Translations under genes and position numbers: made by a program | Notes under the pieces: model-generated | Database searches by the model: none | Told to the model about the DNA's origin: nothing | The model's input: the letters and a program-made list of their open reading frames with translations, nothing else | Origin: Planctomycetota bacterium | GTDB taxonomy: Bacteria > Planctomycetota > Planctomycetia > Pirellulales > Lacipirellulaceae | Assembly (NCBI GenBank): GCA_039190745.1 | Contig: JBCCXZ010000074.1 | Location: 1 to 16,256, forward strand | DNA length: 16,256 nucleotides | Direction: 5' to 3' | In this document: positions 6,786 to 16,256 of the stretch, in pieces | Layout of the letters: every line of letters begins with the position of its first letter | Position numbering within the stretch: position 1 is the first letter of the stretch

Positions 6786-6858
6786 GCCCGGTAGCTCAGT
6801 TGGTTAGAGCAGGGAACTCATAATTCCTTGGTCGGGGGTTCGAGTCCCTCCCGGGCTA
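6785..6858 (+). tRNA. tRNA with CAT anticodon, probably tRNA-Ile2 (lysidine type); CCA not encoded
   Basis: Full cloverleaf: acceptor GGCCCGG/CCGGGCT, D arm GCTC/GAGC, anticodon arm GGGAA-CTCATAA-TTCCT (CAT at 6819-6821), T arm GGGGG-TTCGAGT-CCCTC, discriminator A. C4:G69 and C5:G68 pairs favour Ile2 over Met. The tRNA call is near certain; the isotype is less so. Confidence 0.93.
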
Positions 6859-6916
6859 CTTTGCCTAGAGCGTTGGTCGAGTACCGCATGAGGTGCGACA
6901 AAGCCGTTTGGATTGC

Positions 6917-8332
6917 CTAACTCGGACGCTTCAGCTGGGCGGACTCTGGCCGAGACTTGTAGAATGCGTCGAGCGGGTAGCAGCCGGAGACGAGGCCGCT
7001 TCGCGGCGCGGTGGTGCAGTCACTGAATGTGCGGCAGATTCTCTTCCTGGCGAGTTTGGAGCCAGCGAGGACGTCGGCGGGCATGTCGGGGTACGAGAGC
7101 ACCATCCGGCCGAGGCCGATCGAGTCGGCCATCCCGGCCCGCACGACTGCTTGCCCCACATTGGGCAGCCACTCTTGCAAGTAGCTGTATCCCGAGCCGA
7201 CCACAACCAAGTCGGGGTGACTGCGTTTCAGTTCAGCTGTTGCTTGGATTTGGCGCTCGACGCCGACCAGCGGGTCTTCGGGCGGTTGATACCCGTCGGA
7301 TGGCGGGAACGCTGCGGGGCGCTGGATGTGAGGGTTGTAGTACGGGCTGCCGACCGTCGTGCAGACCAATCGAATCCCCAACTCTTTCAGCAACTCCATG
7401 AACCGGTTCGGCTCGGCGAGATCGATCCCCGTAGCGGTGCCGTCGCCTCCGAACGCATAACCGTACTCTCCTTCAACCTCTGGGACCCCTGTTCCGTCGT
7501 TGCCGGCACGGAAGGGGGTCCAGTCAAAGACGCTTACTCGGACGCCGATCTCAAGGCCGGGTGCTTCCGCGCGGACTCCGGCCACGATATCACGAAGAAA
7601 CTTGGTGCGACCGTCGAAGTCGCCACCGTATCGCCCTGGGCGATCGAACCCGGACAGGAGCTCATGGCCAAGGTAGCCGTGGCAATGCTTGATGTCGACA
7701 AAACGGAAGCCCGCGTCGCGGGCCAAGCGGGCGGCACGGACAAAGTGCTCAGCAAGCTGAGCGAGTTCGTCGTCGGTCAGGACGGGGCCGTCGTCGATAA
7801 CGCCGACTCGGCGGTCGAGCACCGGGTGCCGGTACGCGATGCGGGGCTCGGGGCGGGTTTTTTCGCTTGGTCGGGCGAAGCGTCCCGAGTGGGTGAGTTG
7901 CAGGCCGACGAGCAAGTCATCTGAGGAGCCGAAGTGCATGAGGTGCGCAGCCTCAAGTTCGAGCCGCAGCGATTCGATCTCGCCGACGGTCGACTCATTG
8001 AGTAGCAACTGATTGGGGTTCGCCCGACCGTCGTGTCGCACCGCTACGGCCTCGCCGCCCCAGATGAGCTTAGCCCCGCTCTCGCCGAAGCGCCGCCAGC
8101 GGCGGCGGAGCAGGTCGGTGGGGCGACCATCGCTTGTGCCGTCCCAGCCTTCCATCGGCAGGATGCAGAAGCGGTTGCCGACGGTGCCTTCGCCGACCGT
8201 GATGGGCAACGCCAACGGCGACGAGGGCCCACTCACAACCGATTCATCAAACGGCAGGTCGATCCCCAACGACGCAACGTGCCCGCGAAACGCATCCGGG
8301 GTCTTCAGGCTAGCAATCTTAGGGAATTTCAT
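6917..8332 (-). CDS. NADH:flavin oxidoreductase (Old Yellow Enzyme-like TIM barrel, 471 aa)
   Basis: [54 protein letters not shown] and ADSIGLGR motifs. Start MKFPK at 8332, 19 nt after the upstream stop. Confidence 0.92.
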   Translation of the reverse strand: MKFPKIASLKTPDAFRGHVASLGIDLPFDESVVSGPSSPLALPITVGEGTVGNRFCILPMEGWDGTSDGRPTDLLRRRWRRFGESGAKLIWGGEAVAVRHDGRANPNQLLLNESTVGEIESLRLELEAAHLMHFGSSDDLLVGLQLTHSGRFARPSEKTRPEPRIAYRHPVLDRRVGVIDDGPVLTDDELAQLAEHFVRAARLARDAGFRFVDIKHCHGYLGHELLSGFDRPGRYGGDFDGRTKFLRDIVAGVRAEAPGLEIGVRVSVFDWTPFRAGNDGTGVPEVEGEYGYAFGGDGTATGIDLAEPNRFMELLKELGIRLVCTTVGSPYYNPHIQRPAAFPPSDGYQPPEDPLVGVERQIQATAELKRSHPDLVVVGSGYSYLQEWLPNVGQAVVRAGMADSIGLGRMVLSYPDMPADVLAGSKLARKRICRTFSDCTTAPRSGLVSGCYPLDAFYKSRPESAQLKRPS

Positions 8333-8351
8333 GAGGCCTGCGGTTTGCCAA

Positions 8352-9305
8352 CTATCGAGAGGCGGCATCCACCAAGACTGCGATTTGGGCGAGCAGTTCC
8401 TGGTCGGCGGCGCCGCGCTGGGGGCTGTCGGGGTGTGTGGCGGAAGAGTGCAGCCAGCCCCGGGCGTGCAAGAACATCGCCGCCGCGTGCTTGTAGGCCG
8501 GCGTAGGCGGGCGGAACGCAAGGAAGCCGAGGTACTGCAGCAGGTCGTTCAGTTGATTCCAGCCCGCGTCTCCTGCCTCCCACAATGCGTCGCGACGGGC
8601 GAAGGCGTCTGGGGCGAACGCGCTGAGGCCCAGCAGGTAGTCGCTGCCGTATGCGATCATGTCGATCGCCAGATCATTCCCCGTATAGACGTGGAAGTCT
8701 GGCCGGATCGAGTTCCGGAGGGCAAGCCGTTCCCATTCGGGCTCTCGTTCCAGAGAAGAGTGCTTTGCCCCGATGCACTCGGGGGTTTCCATCAGTGACT
8801 GGTAGACCTGCAGGTTGTAGATCTTGCCGAACGGTGCGAACACTTCGCCTAGCTCGAAACCGATAAACCGGTCGCATTCCGAAGCGATGGATCGGTAGTT
8901 GGAGACGATCGCCTCGTCGGGTTGGTGAGCCAGGCCATACGACTGAAACAGCACGGGAGTGGCGCCGAGCGTGCGGATCTCCTCGCAGCGTGCGAGGTAG
9001 GCGTCGCGGTCGAAAGCGTCGCCGGGCCGGTCTGCTACGAAGGCCCCGGCGACGAAAGGCAGCCCGCCTAGCGCATCGTGCGTCTGCCGGAGGACTTCGA
9101 CCCGCGTGGCGTCGTCGAGTAGGTTGACGTAGCCGGTGTCCATGTTCACGGCCGGGGTCAGGCCCGCCTCGGTCGTCCGTCCGAGGAGACCACGGAACGA
9201 CGGCCAGTCGACGGAGCCGTCGCTGGCAAACGGCAGCAGCACCGCGCTGATTCCTCGAACTTTGCGCTTCGGTGTAATCAGAGAAAGAACGCGGCTTGAT
9301 TCCAT
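8352..9305 (-). CDS. Dihydrodipicolinate synthase (DHDPS/NAL aldolase) family protein (317 aa)
   Basis: [14 protein letters not shown] start of barrel, Schiff-base lysine in IGAKHSS, VYTGND and GSDYLLGLS motifs. Divergent from true DapA (NMDTG instead of GTTGE). Confidence 0.88.
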   Translation of the reverse strand: MESSRVLSLITPKRKVRGISAVLLPFASDGSVDWPSFRGLLGRTTEAGLTPAVNMDTGYVNLLDDATRVEVLRQTHDALGGLPFVAGAFVADRPGDAFDRDAYLARCEEIRTLGATPVLFQSYGLAHQPDEAIVSNYRSIASECDRFIGFELGEVFAPFGKIYNLQVYQSLMETPECIGAKHSSLEREPEWERLALRNSIRPDFHVYTGNDLAIDMIAYGSDYLLGLSAFAPDAFARRDALWEAGDAGWNQLNDLLQYLGFLAFRPPTPAYKHAAAMFLHARGWLHSSATHPDSPQRGAADQELLAQIAVLVDAASR

Positions 9306-9503
9306 GGCTCGTTTACGATGTTGTTAACCGCTCGGCTGGTCAAGGGGCGAGCAGGTCTTTTCACAGGTATCGAGAACGGCCGGCAGAGAAATATGAGACA
9401 ATGGCCGTCAGAATCAACTGGCTCGGCGGCGCGGACTGATCCGGAGAGCCATCTCCTGGGAGCTCACACATTGGCTGAGAGCGGGCTCTCGCGACGGGAA
9501 GTC

Positions 9504-12500
9504 TCAATTACCGAGGAGCCCAACCAAAGACTCGGCCTCGCCAGCCGACTGGGCCGCCAACGAGCCACCCACCGCTACGCCGTACTGGTCCCATAGTTGT
9601 TGGCTACTTAGTCCGACGTATGCCTGCGGAATGAACTCGCCAGGCACTGGGAAAGGAACAGCGGTTGCGTCTTGCTCTGCCCAGTACAGACGCTGGCTGC
9701 TGTAGGGTCCATAGTCGAGCGTTACGGCCGTCGAGTAGAAGAGGTGGTTGATCGATTGATTACGGTGCCCGTCCGTGAAGCGCATCATGACGTCCGCGGG
9801 AGGCACGTCGCCGGTATACTTCGGGTCGGCTCCGGAGAAGACTGGAGTCCCCGTGACCAACACCGATCTATTTGGGGCGCCCGAGGGCTCGACCACAATG
9901 GCCCGGCTCGCGCCGAACGTGCCTCCGTTGACGACCGATGAACCCCGGTAGGCTACGAGGATGGCCCAGGCGTAGCCATCGACCGTGAGGTTGTCGTAGA
10001 CGATGCTTTCGGTGACGCTGTTCGCGTTGACGCCCACTTGGTGCAATACGGAGTCGTCGTGCAGGACCTGCAGGTTCGACAGCACAAGCTGCTGCGAGTA
10101 TGGCAAATGGACGCCGGTCTCATTGTTCCAGAAGTCGGAGTCTTCGAAGACGCTCTGAGCACTGTGCGTCGCGTCGCGTAAGTGGTACCGGACCGTGAGG
10201 CCGGTCCCCGATGCGTAGGAGGTGTTTCCCTCGAACTTTTTCACTGGGACGTGGTCGACCAGGATTTCATCCTGTCCGTTCGCGATCGACGGGTCGGCGA
10301 GGTTGTCGGCGTCGAAGAACGTCAGTTGGCCGGATTGGTAGAGGCCCCGGGTGTAGTAGAAGAACCCGCTGCCCTGGGCCCCTGCGACGGTGTTGCCGAC
10401 GACCTCGACTCCCGCGCCCTGCAGCCAGAAGCCGTCTCCGCCAAAGCCGAAGTCCTGAAGGCCTTCACGATCGTCGGCTTCTTCGTTCGTTCCGGTCGTG
10501 GCGAAAGCGATGTTGTCTCGGAAGACGCCGATTTCGTTGCCCGCTTCGGTGACGAAGGCCGCCCCCGTCACGCCGATTGCAACGTTGTCTGTGAAGTCGA
10601 CGTAGCTGCTGTGGTTGACGAACCCCCAGCCAACACTATCGACAACCGCGCTGCCATAAACTTTGGAGGGGTTGCCGTTCTCTGATAAGCCGTTGCGGTG
10701 GAAATGCACGGCGTACCGCCCTCGTGTATTGGTTCCGGTACCGGGTGTAAGGTTCCAATCGGAATCAACGGCCGCGTCGTTCACGTATTCCAGTTTGTTG
10801 GAGCGGCCTTGTCGGTAGAACCCGGCGTGCTGCACGTCCACGTCGCGGTTGTGCATGAACATGACGTGGCCTCGGCGGTCAGGGGCGAACCCTTCGGAAG
10901 TGATCACCGCGTTGCGTATGGCATTCGAGACGTGGACCCTCAAATCGGCCTCGGGCGTCAAGTGATCGAAATCCAGCGGCTCAACAGACACGATGTTGTT
11001 GCTGATGCTTTGGATGGCCCTTACTTCGTCTTGCTGCTCGCCCGCGACCGTGCCCGCGATCACAAGGATGTCGCCGACACGCCACCCAGTGGGGATTTCA
11101 GAGAGCTGTAGTTGAGTCGAGCCTGCCGGAAGCGGATTAAGAACCTCAAGGCTCGTGGTTTTTTCGGCGCCGTAGATGGACACCGATCCGTGGGTAATGA
11201 GGCCACGGCTTATCCCGAACGGGTCCCACTCGCGGTTGATGGGACCGCTGTCGGTAATTAGGAGTCTCGCGATGACGTCGGGGGAAATGCGGTTCCCGGC
11301 GGTTCCCATCTCGAGCCGGCCGACGGCGGACACGATAAGCGTGTCGACCCGCAACTGTGTGTTGACCGTGTGGTCGAACTTGAGTGTGCCGTCGACACGG
11401 ATCGTGGCCGGTCCGCTCTGGAGCATGCTTGCGACCGTAACGTCGACGTTAATCGGGATTAGGACCTTGGCATCGTCCCTAGGAACGACGCCGCCGTGCC
11501 ATGTAGCGGGGTCCGACCAATCCCCATCCTGGACGGCGTAGTGGGTCACCTGGTCGTACCGCACGAGCTCAAAGAGCGACAGGTGCTCCGGCCCCCTGAT
11601 CGGGTCGTCGGCGTGGGGCAGTAGGGAGTGGACGGCCTCGTTTGCGTTCACGTCCTGCAGGTTGTCCAACGAGTCGATCAGATCGAACCCCTCCAGCGGC
11701 GGTGGGGTCGACAGCACGGGCGAAGCGCCGTGATGATGGCCGCTTCCGTGAGCGGAGTGCCCGCCCATGGTAGAGTGCCCGCCGTGCGATCCGTGCCCGC
11801 CGTGGCCGCTGTGCGGAGAGGCGAGGGGGTCCCAGATCCCTGTGAAGCCGGGCAAGAAGAACCAGTCGCGACCCACGCTCCCGAACACCGCGTCGGTGAT
11901 ATGGTCGTCGAAGACGGTTTGCTCAGAGAATAGCATCGGCGTGCCGACGCCTTGTTCCAAGTTGGAGACGCGAGTTTCATAGTCAACCGGCGCTGCCCAC
12001 GCCGCGAGGATCGCTCGGAGTGCGTCGTCGTCGGCGTCATGGGTAGTCATCCCGCCAATGAGGATGTCATCGCCTTCGGAGCCGATCAGGTTATCGCTAC
12101 CCATCCCCCCGATCAGTGCGTCGCTGCCTTCGCCGCCGCTAAGGGCGTCGTTGCCGTCGCCTCCTAAAAGAGCGTCGTTGCCCGATTCTCCCCTCAGCTC
12201 GTCATTGCCACTGCCTCCCCGCAGCAAGTCGTCGCCGGCGCCTGCCAAGAGCGTGTCGATGCCCTTGCCCCCATCGAGTGTATCGTTGCCCTCGCTGCCG
12301 ATGAGCGTATCGTCTGCATCCCCGCCGAAGAGCCGGTCGTCCCCTTCGTTTCCGATGAGCGTGTCATTGCCTCCATCACCCTCGATCCAATCCGATCCTT
12401 CGTCGCCAATCAGGTAATCGCTTCCTACGCCGCCTCGGATGAGATCGTTTCCGGCTCCGCCCCGGAGTTCGTCGTTGCCGAGGCCGCCGCTCAGCTGGTC

Positions 12501-15260
12501 CGCGTCGAGACCTCCGAGCAGGAGATCGTTGCCGTCATCTCCGGCTAGATTGTCTTGACCCTCTCCGCCTTCGATCGTGTCGTTCCCGATTCCGCCGCTC
12601 AGGAAGTCTTCGCCTTCGTTACCGAGCAATGTGTCATTGCCCCCGTAACCGTAGAGGGAGTCGTCGCCGGTGTCTCCGACGAGATAGTCGTCTCCTTCGC
12701 CGCCAACGAGCAAGTCGCGGCCCTCGTGCCCGCGTAGCGTATCGTTGCCGTCGCCGCCGCTCAGCTGGTCGTCGCCGGCGTCGCCATAGAGCGTGTCGTT
12801 ACCGTCCTCGCCTTCGATGGTGTCGTCGTCGTCTCCGCCGTGGAGTGTGTCAGCTCCAGAGCCGCCTAGCAGCACGTCGTTGCCTGCGTTCCCGATGAGC
12901 GTATCATCGGCCGCCCCTCCAGTGAGTGAATCGGATCCTTCGTCGCCGACGAGGTAATCGACTCCCTCGTCACCGTTGAGGGTGTCGTTGCCCGAGCCGC
13001 CCCTGAGCTCATCGTCGCCGAGCCCACCGCTGAGGAGGTCGTCTTCTCCCTCGCCTTCTAGGCTGTCGTTCCCTTGTTCACCGAACAGGGAGTCGCCCCC
13101 GAGCCCTCCACGAATCGTGTCATCGCCCTCTCCGCCGTAGACGGTGTCCGCGCCGTCGCCGCCGTTGAGGGTGTCGTTCCCACCGTCCCCGTAGAGGGCG
13201 TCTCCGCCACCGTCGCCGCCGAGCGCGTCGTTGCCCTCACCGCCCCGCAGAGTATCTGCCCCGTCTCCGCCTAGAAGCGTGTCGTCACCAGCGTGGCCTT
13301 CTAGTGAGTCATTGCCCTCCCCACCGGCGAGGTAGTCGTTACCGTCGGCGCCGATGAGCGTGTCGTTCTCAGTGCCGCCGTCGAGCTGATCGTCGTCCTC
13401 GCCGCCGTCGAGTGTGTCGAGGCCGGCCTCGCCGTAGAGATTGTCGTTGCCCGCTTCTCCGAAGAGCGTGTCGTCGCCTGCGCCGCCGAGGAGGCTGTCC
13501 GAGCCCGCGCCACCGATGAGGTAGTCGTTGCCCAGGTCGCCAAGCAGTGTGTCGTCGCCGGTTCCGCCGTCTAGATCGTCGTCGCCTGATTGGCCCGCTA
13601 GCCGGTCGTTCTCGGCGCCGCCGAGTAGGGTGTCGACGCCGTCGCCCCCTTGAAGATCGTCTTCTCCGGAGCCGCCTTCCAGCCGATCGTCGCCGCCGTT
13701 GCCGTACAGGTTGTCGTTGCCCGCCTCGCCGAAGAGCGTGTCTGCGCCGGCGTCTCCGACTAATGCGTCGTTCCCTTCGCCGCCGCGGAGGAGGTCGTTT
13801 CCTTCACCGCCGATCAGCGTGTCGTTGCCCGATTGGCCTTCGATAGAATCGTCGCCCGCGGCCCCGTAGAGGTAATCGTTGCCGCCGGCGCCGATGAGCG
13901 TGTCGTTCTCAGTGCCGCCGTCGAGCTGATCGTCGTCCTCGCCGCCGTCGAGTGTGTCGAGGCCGGCCTCGCCCTCGAGAAGGTCGTTGCCTGCTCCGCC
14001 AAGGAGTGTGTCGTCTCCGTCGCCGCCAAGGAGCGTATCGGCCCCGATACCGCCGACGAGCCGGTCGTCGCCTAAGTCGCCCAGTAGCGTGTCATCGCCG
14101 GCCTCGCCATCGAGGTTGTCATCACCCAGTTGGCCTGCGAGACGATCATTCTCGGTGCCGCCGAGCAGGGTGTCGGCGCCGTCGCCGCCCCGCAGGTCGT
14201 CTTCTCCCGCACCGCCCTCCAGCCGGTCGTCGCCGGCGTTGCCGTACAGGTTGTCGTTTCCGTTGTCGCCGTAGAGCTTGTCCGCGCCGGCGTCGCCGAC
14301 GAGTGCGTCGTTTCCGTCGCCGCCGCGGAGGGTGTCTAAACCGTCTCCGCCGAGGAGCGTGTCGTCGCCGGCTTGGCCATCGAGTTGATCATCGCCCGCT
14401 TGACCCGAGAGCGTGTCGTTGCCTTCTCCGCCGTAGAGCAGATCGTCACCGTCGCCGCCCCGGAGATCGTCGCCGCCGAGTCCCCCTACTAGCTCGTCCG
14501 CCCCGCCGTTCCCGGAGAGCACGTCGACGCCGTCGCCGCCCTCCAGGTAGTCGGGGCCAGCCCCGCCGACCACATTGTCGTCGCCATCGCCCCCGAACAG
14601 ACGGTCGCCGCTGTCTCCCGAGAGGATTGTGTCATTGTCGCCGTCGCCGTAGGCAGTGTTCACGCCCTGCTGGCCTGCGAGGTAGTCCTCTCCGTCGCCG
14701 CCCCGGAGCAGGTCGTTGCCGTCTCCGCCGAGGAGCCGGTCGTCGCCGGCGCCGCCGTCGAGTGTATCGTTGCCCCCGTCTCCGTAGATCGTGTCCTCTC
14801 CGAGCCCGCCGAGCAGCGTGTCTCCGCCCGCGTTGCCTACTAGGGCGTCGTTCCCGTCGCCGCCGATCAGCGTGTCTGCACCAGGACCGCCGATGAGTGT
14901 GTCGTTGCCCAGGCCCCCGTCGGCTTGCATCGAGATGCTGGTCGAGTTGAGTAAGCTGTCGTCCCCGGTCCCTCCGTCGAATGTAACTAACTGGATTCCA
15001 GACGCGTCGAACGTCGTTTCCACGTAGTCAACGGCGGTCAGGACGCGGACGTGCAAAGAGTTGGCCGACGGTTGTGAAACGACGACCTCATCGTCGATGT
15101 CACTGCCGGTGATCACGATGGTGCTGTCGATCTGCGTGATGGTCGGCGGCGTTGCAGAAAGCATCTGCCGCGTCTCGAGCCGTTCTAACGAAGGGCGACG
15201 GCTACCGAGTGACGGGCCTCTTCGATTCAGGCCCTTCTTCGGGCCTCGCTTCTCTGCCAT
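9504..15260 (-). CDS. Giant secreted protein: LEPR-XLL-type leader, RTX-type Ca-binding repeats, His-rich linker, G8 domain, right-handed beta-helix (1918 aa)
   Basis: [15 protein letters not shown] at the N-terminus; roughly 100 GGxGxDxLx nonapeptides; [19 protein letters not shown]8 start; GRYAVHFH and GDGFWLQG beta-helix motifs as in TMEM2/CEMIP/PKHD1-like proteins. Confidence 0.9.
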   Translation of the reverse strand: MAEKRGPKKGLNRRGPSLGSRRPSLERLETRQMLSATPPTITQIDSTIVITGSDIDDEVVVSQPSANSLHVRVLTAVDYVETTFDASGIQLVTFDGGTGDDSLLNSTSISMQADGGLGNDTLIGGPGADTLIGGDGNDALVGNAGGDTLLGGLGEDTIYGDGGNDTLDGGAGDDRLLGGDGNDLLRGGDGEDYLAGQQGVNTAYGDGDNDTILSGDSGDRLFGGDGDDNVVGGAGPDYLEGGDGVDVLSGNGGADELVGGLGGDDLRGGDGDDLLYGGEGNDTLSGQAGDDQLDGQAGDDTLLGGDGLDTLRGGDGNDALVGDAGADKLYGDNGNDNLYGNAGDDRLEGGAGEDDLRGGDGADTLLGGTENDRLAGQLGDDNLDGEAGDDTLLGDLGDDRLVGGIGADTLLGGDGDDTLLGGAGNDLLEGEAGLDTLDGGEDDDQLDGGTENDTLIGAGGNDYLYGAAGDDSIEGQSGNDTLIGGEGNDLLRGGEGNDALVGDAGADTLFGEAGNDNLYGNGGDDRLEGGSGEDDLQGGDGVDTLLGGAENDRLAGQSGDDDLDGGTGDDTLLGDLGNDYLIGGAGSDSLLGGAGDDTLFGEAGNDNLYGEAGLDTLDGGEDDDQLDGGTENDTLIGADGNDYLAGGEGNDSLEGHAGDDTLLGGDGADTLRGGEGNDALGGDGGGDALYGDGGNDTLNGGDGADTVYGGEGDDTIRGGLGGDSLFGEQGNDSLEGEGEDDLLSGGLGDDELRGGSGNDTLNGDEGVDYLVGDEGSDSLTGGAADDTLIGNAGNDVLLGGSGADTLHGGDDDDTIEGEDGNDTLYGDAGDDQLSGGDGNDTLRGHEGRDLLVGGEGDDYLVGDTGDDSLYGYGGNDTLLGNEGEDFLSGGIGNDTIEGGEGQDNLAGDDGNDLLLGGLDADQLSGGLGNDELRGGAGNDLIRGGVGSDYLIGDEGSDWIEGDGGNDTLIGNEGDDRLFGGDADDTLIGSEGNDTLDGGKGIDTLLAGAGDDLLRGGSGNDELRGESGNDALLGGDGNDALSGGEGSDALIGGMGSDNLIGSEGDDILIGGMTTHDADDDALRAILAAWAAPVDYETRVSNLEQGVGTPMLFSEQTVFDDHITDAVFGSVGRDWFFLPGFTGIWDPLASPHSGHGGHGSHGGHSTMGGHSAHGSGHHHGASPVLSTPPPLEGFDLIDSLDNLQDVNANEAVHSLLPHADDPIRGPEHLSLFELVRYDQVTHYAVQDGDWSDPATWHGGVVPRDDAKVLIPINVDVTVASMLQSGPATIRVDGTLKFDHTVNTQLRVDTLIVSAVGRLEMGTAGNRISPDVIARLLITDSGPINREWDPFGISRGLITHGSVSIYGAEKTTSLEVLNPLPAGSTQLQLSEIPTGWRVGDILVIAGTVAGEQQDEVRAIQSISNNIVSVEPLDFDHLTPEADLRVHVSNAIRNAVITSEGFAPDRRGHVMFMHNRDVDVQHAGFYRQGRSNKLEYVNDAAVDSDWNLTPGTGTNTRGRYAVHFHRNGLSENGNPSKVYGSAVVDSVGWGFVNHSSYVDFTDNVAIGVTGAAFVTEAGNEIGVFRDNIAFATTGTNEEADDREGLQDFGFGGDGFWLQGAGVEVVGNTVAGAQGSGFFYYTRGLYQSGQLTFFDADNLADPSIANGQDEILVDHVPVKKFEGNTSYASGTGLTVRYHLRDATHSAQSVFEDSDFWNNETGVHLPYSQQLVLSNLQVLHDDSVLHQVGVNANSVTESIVYDNLTVDGYAWAILVAYRGSSVVNGGTFGASRAIVVEPSGAPNRSVLVTGTPVFSGADPKYTGDVPPADVMMRFTDGHRNQSINHLFYSTAVTLDYGPYSSQRLYWAEQDATAVPFPVPGEFIPQAYVGLSSQQLWDQYGVAVGGSLAAQSAGEAESLVGLLGN
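12050..14975 (-). repeat. RTX nonapeptide array (27-bp unit) with 270-bp and 540-bp higher-order periods
   Basis: ELRG/TLRG units recur at 12191, 12461, 12731 and 13001. An 88-bp identical block lies at 13346-13433 and 13886-13973. Confidence 0.9.
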
Positions 15261-15705
15261 GCTTCCGGCGCCTCACAGAATAGACCCACGCCACGCCGCA
15301 CAGGGTGCGCAGCGCGAAACGGGCTGGTGCGTGCTGGTTCGGTTTAGGAGCCGCTGGGGCAGCGGCGGCCCGGCAAAGCTGTTCCGATCAACTGGCGAAC
15401 CTCCCTGGTTGCCAGCTGGGCTTTGCCGCCTAACGGACTATCACTATCCCTGAGCTAAAGGCTCGATCGGTCCTGAACAGCAGCGAGGCGGTAGATCAGA
15501 GGGGCGAGAAAAGCGTGGTAAACCTCTCGCCCCATGCCTCTCACTGTGTGTATCACGTTGTTAGCCGAAATCCCCCATCTCGTCGAGAGTAACCAGGGGT
15601 TTTCTCGGGCACGTAACGTCTCGAACTTGAGGCTGCGCAGAACCGAGAAGCGCTCTTAGAATGGGGAGCCAGTCGACACAACTTCAGCACGTGCCTGAAG
15701 CTGTG

Positions 15706-16185
15706 TCATGCCAGCGCCGAAACTGGCTCCGCTGGCGCCGCCCGAGGAATTGGGGAAAAGACTTGCTGGAAGCCGTCTGCCATCACGGTGCGGCGAGTAC
15801 TCTTCCGATAGGGGTGTTCCACCCCCAAGCCGGAGCTTTCGACGATTTCGCAACAGAGCGTCTCGAGCTGCTCAACGTTCGACGCGAACTGCTCGTAGAA
15901 GCGTCGGCCTTCCAAGGGTTCTAGCAGACGGGAGTTCGACTGCCGGATCAGCGGGATCTCGGAGACGTTGATCGACCCGGCCGTGGCGTCGTGCTTCGTC
16001 TGCTCGCTCCAGTCCCGCAAGAACATCTGCATGAAATGGTTCAGGCGGCTCAGCCGGTTAAGCTTCCGCATGTTGCGGACGTACATCGACTGCTCGCACA
16101 TGCGGTCGTGCATAAAGATGAAGCCGGTGATCGACCAGTAGACCATGTAGTCCCAGAGGATCTTGACCGGCATGACAGTTGGGTT
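15706..16185 (-). CDS. C-terminal part of an FAD-dependent halogenase-like oxidoreductase, truncated at a strand-switch junction
   Basis: [17 protein letters not shown] resembles the C-terminal region of this family as I recall it. The frame hits TGA (16191-16189) immediately upstream, so no N-terminus is present on this strand. Confidence 0.65.
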   Translation of the reverse strand, partial: NPTVMPVKILWDYMVYWSITGFIFMHDRMCEQSMYVRNMRKLNRLSRLNHFMQMFLRDWSEQTKHDATAGSINVSEIPLIRQSNSRLLEPLEGRRFYEQFASNVEQLETLCCEIVESSGLGVEHPYRKSTRRTVMADGFQQVFSPIPRAAPAEPVSALA

Positions 16186-16256
16186 TTCTCAGGCCAACGG
16201 TGGGGCATCACCGGCGAGGCGGGCTTCTTCCACGACCCGTTCTACTCTCCGGGCAG
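16183..16256 (+). CDS. Inverted internal fragment of a halogenase-like gene ([24 protein letters not shown])
   Basis: Plus-strand frame from 16183 encodes a GEA..F.DPFYSPG variant of the second FAD-binding motif (GDAxxFxDPxxSxG) of flavin-dependent halogenases and monooxygenases; runs off the window end. Confidence 0.75.

Larger units (their letters stand above)
1..6790. mobile_element. Right end of an integrated prophage or phage satellite; continues past the left edge of the window
   Basis: Tape-measure, tail-chaperone-like and gp10-like genes, a lower-GC accessory cassette, an HTH gene and a tyrosine integrase abutting a tRNA gene. Metabolic host genes start right after the tRNA. The exact att core cannot be set without the other end. 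Confidence 0.85.

Noticed and set aside
6785..6858. Initiator tRNA-fMet
   Set aside because: Position 1:72 is paired (G:U) and the anticodon stem lacks the three consecutive G:C pairs.
5670..7924. Long antisense ORFs (5670..6560, 6893..7924) and similar ones over the TMP and RTX genes
   Set aside because: Expected stop-poor antisense frames of GC3-rich genes; no recognisable motifs.
8333..8521. Extended start of the flavin oxidoreductase
   Set aside because: Overlaps the DHDPS-like gene by 170 nt; ATG 8332 fits the operon spacing.
8352..9305. dapA gene symbol
   Set aside because: Lacks the GTTGE motif and has no lysine-biosynthesis context; family-level call only.
13346..13973. 88-bp repeat pair as a DGR template/variable repeat or CRISPR-like array
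   Set aside because: Copies are identical with no adenine-specific mismatches, lie in frame within an RTX array, and there is no reverse transcriptase or cas gene in the window.
9504..15260. RTX pore-forming toxin
   Set aside because: No hydrophobic pore domain, no acyltransferase or T1SS genes nearby, and the repeats are N-terminal to a G8/beta-helix head.

Overview
High-GC bacterial DNA, probably from a planctomycete (inferred from the LEPR-XLL-type N-terminal motif of the giant secreted protein). Positions 1 to about 6790 are the right end of an integrated phage-like element. It carries a tail-chaperone-like gene, a 632-aa tape-measure gene, an HK97-gp10-like gene, an inverted lower-GC cassette with an AbiC-like membrane gene that has a G9 tract, then a rightward operon (hypothetical, HTH, terminator, tyrosine integrase). 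The integrase ends 77 bp before the 5' end of a CAT-anticodon tRNA, probably tRNA-Ile2. The leader of that operon holds the most striking unannotated signal: a ~90-nt RNA with a closing stem and two hairpins, whose exposed segments (TCCACGG, TGACA) are complementary, in the correct antiparallel order, to a duplicated two-box motif just upstream. This is the layout of P1 c4 / P4 CI antisense immunity RNAs. The rest is host DNA on the minus strand: an NADH:flavin oxidoreductase, a DHDPS-family protein, a 1918-aa RTX-repeat/His-rich/G8/beta-helix protein, and the 3' part of an FAD-dependent halogenase-like gene. That last gene is broken at about 16184 by an inverted piece of itself (real inversion or chimeric contig end). 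Family assignments are from motif recognition only; no searches were run.
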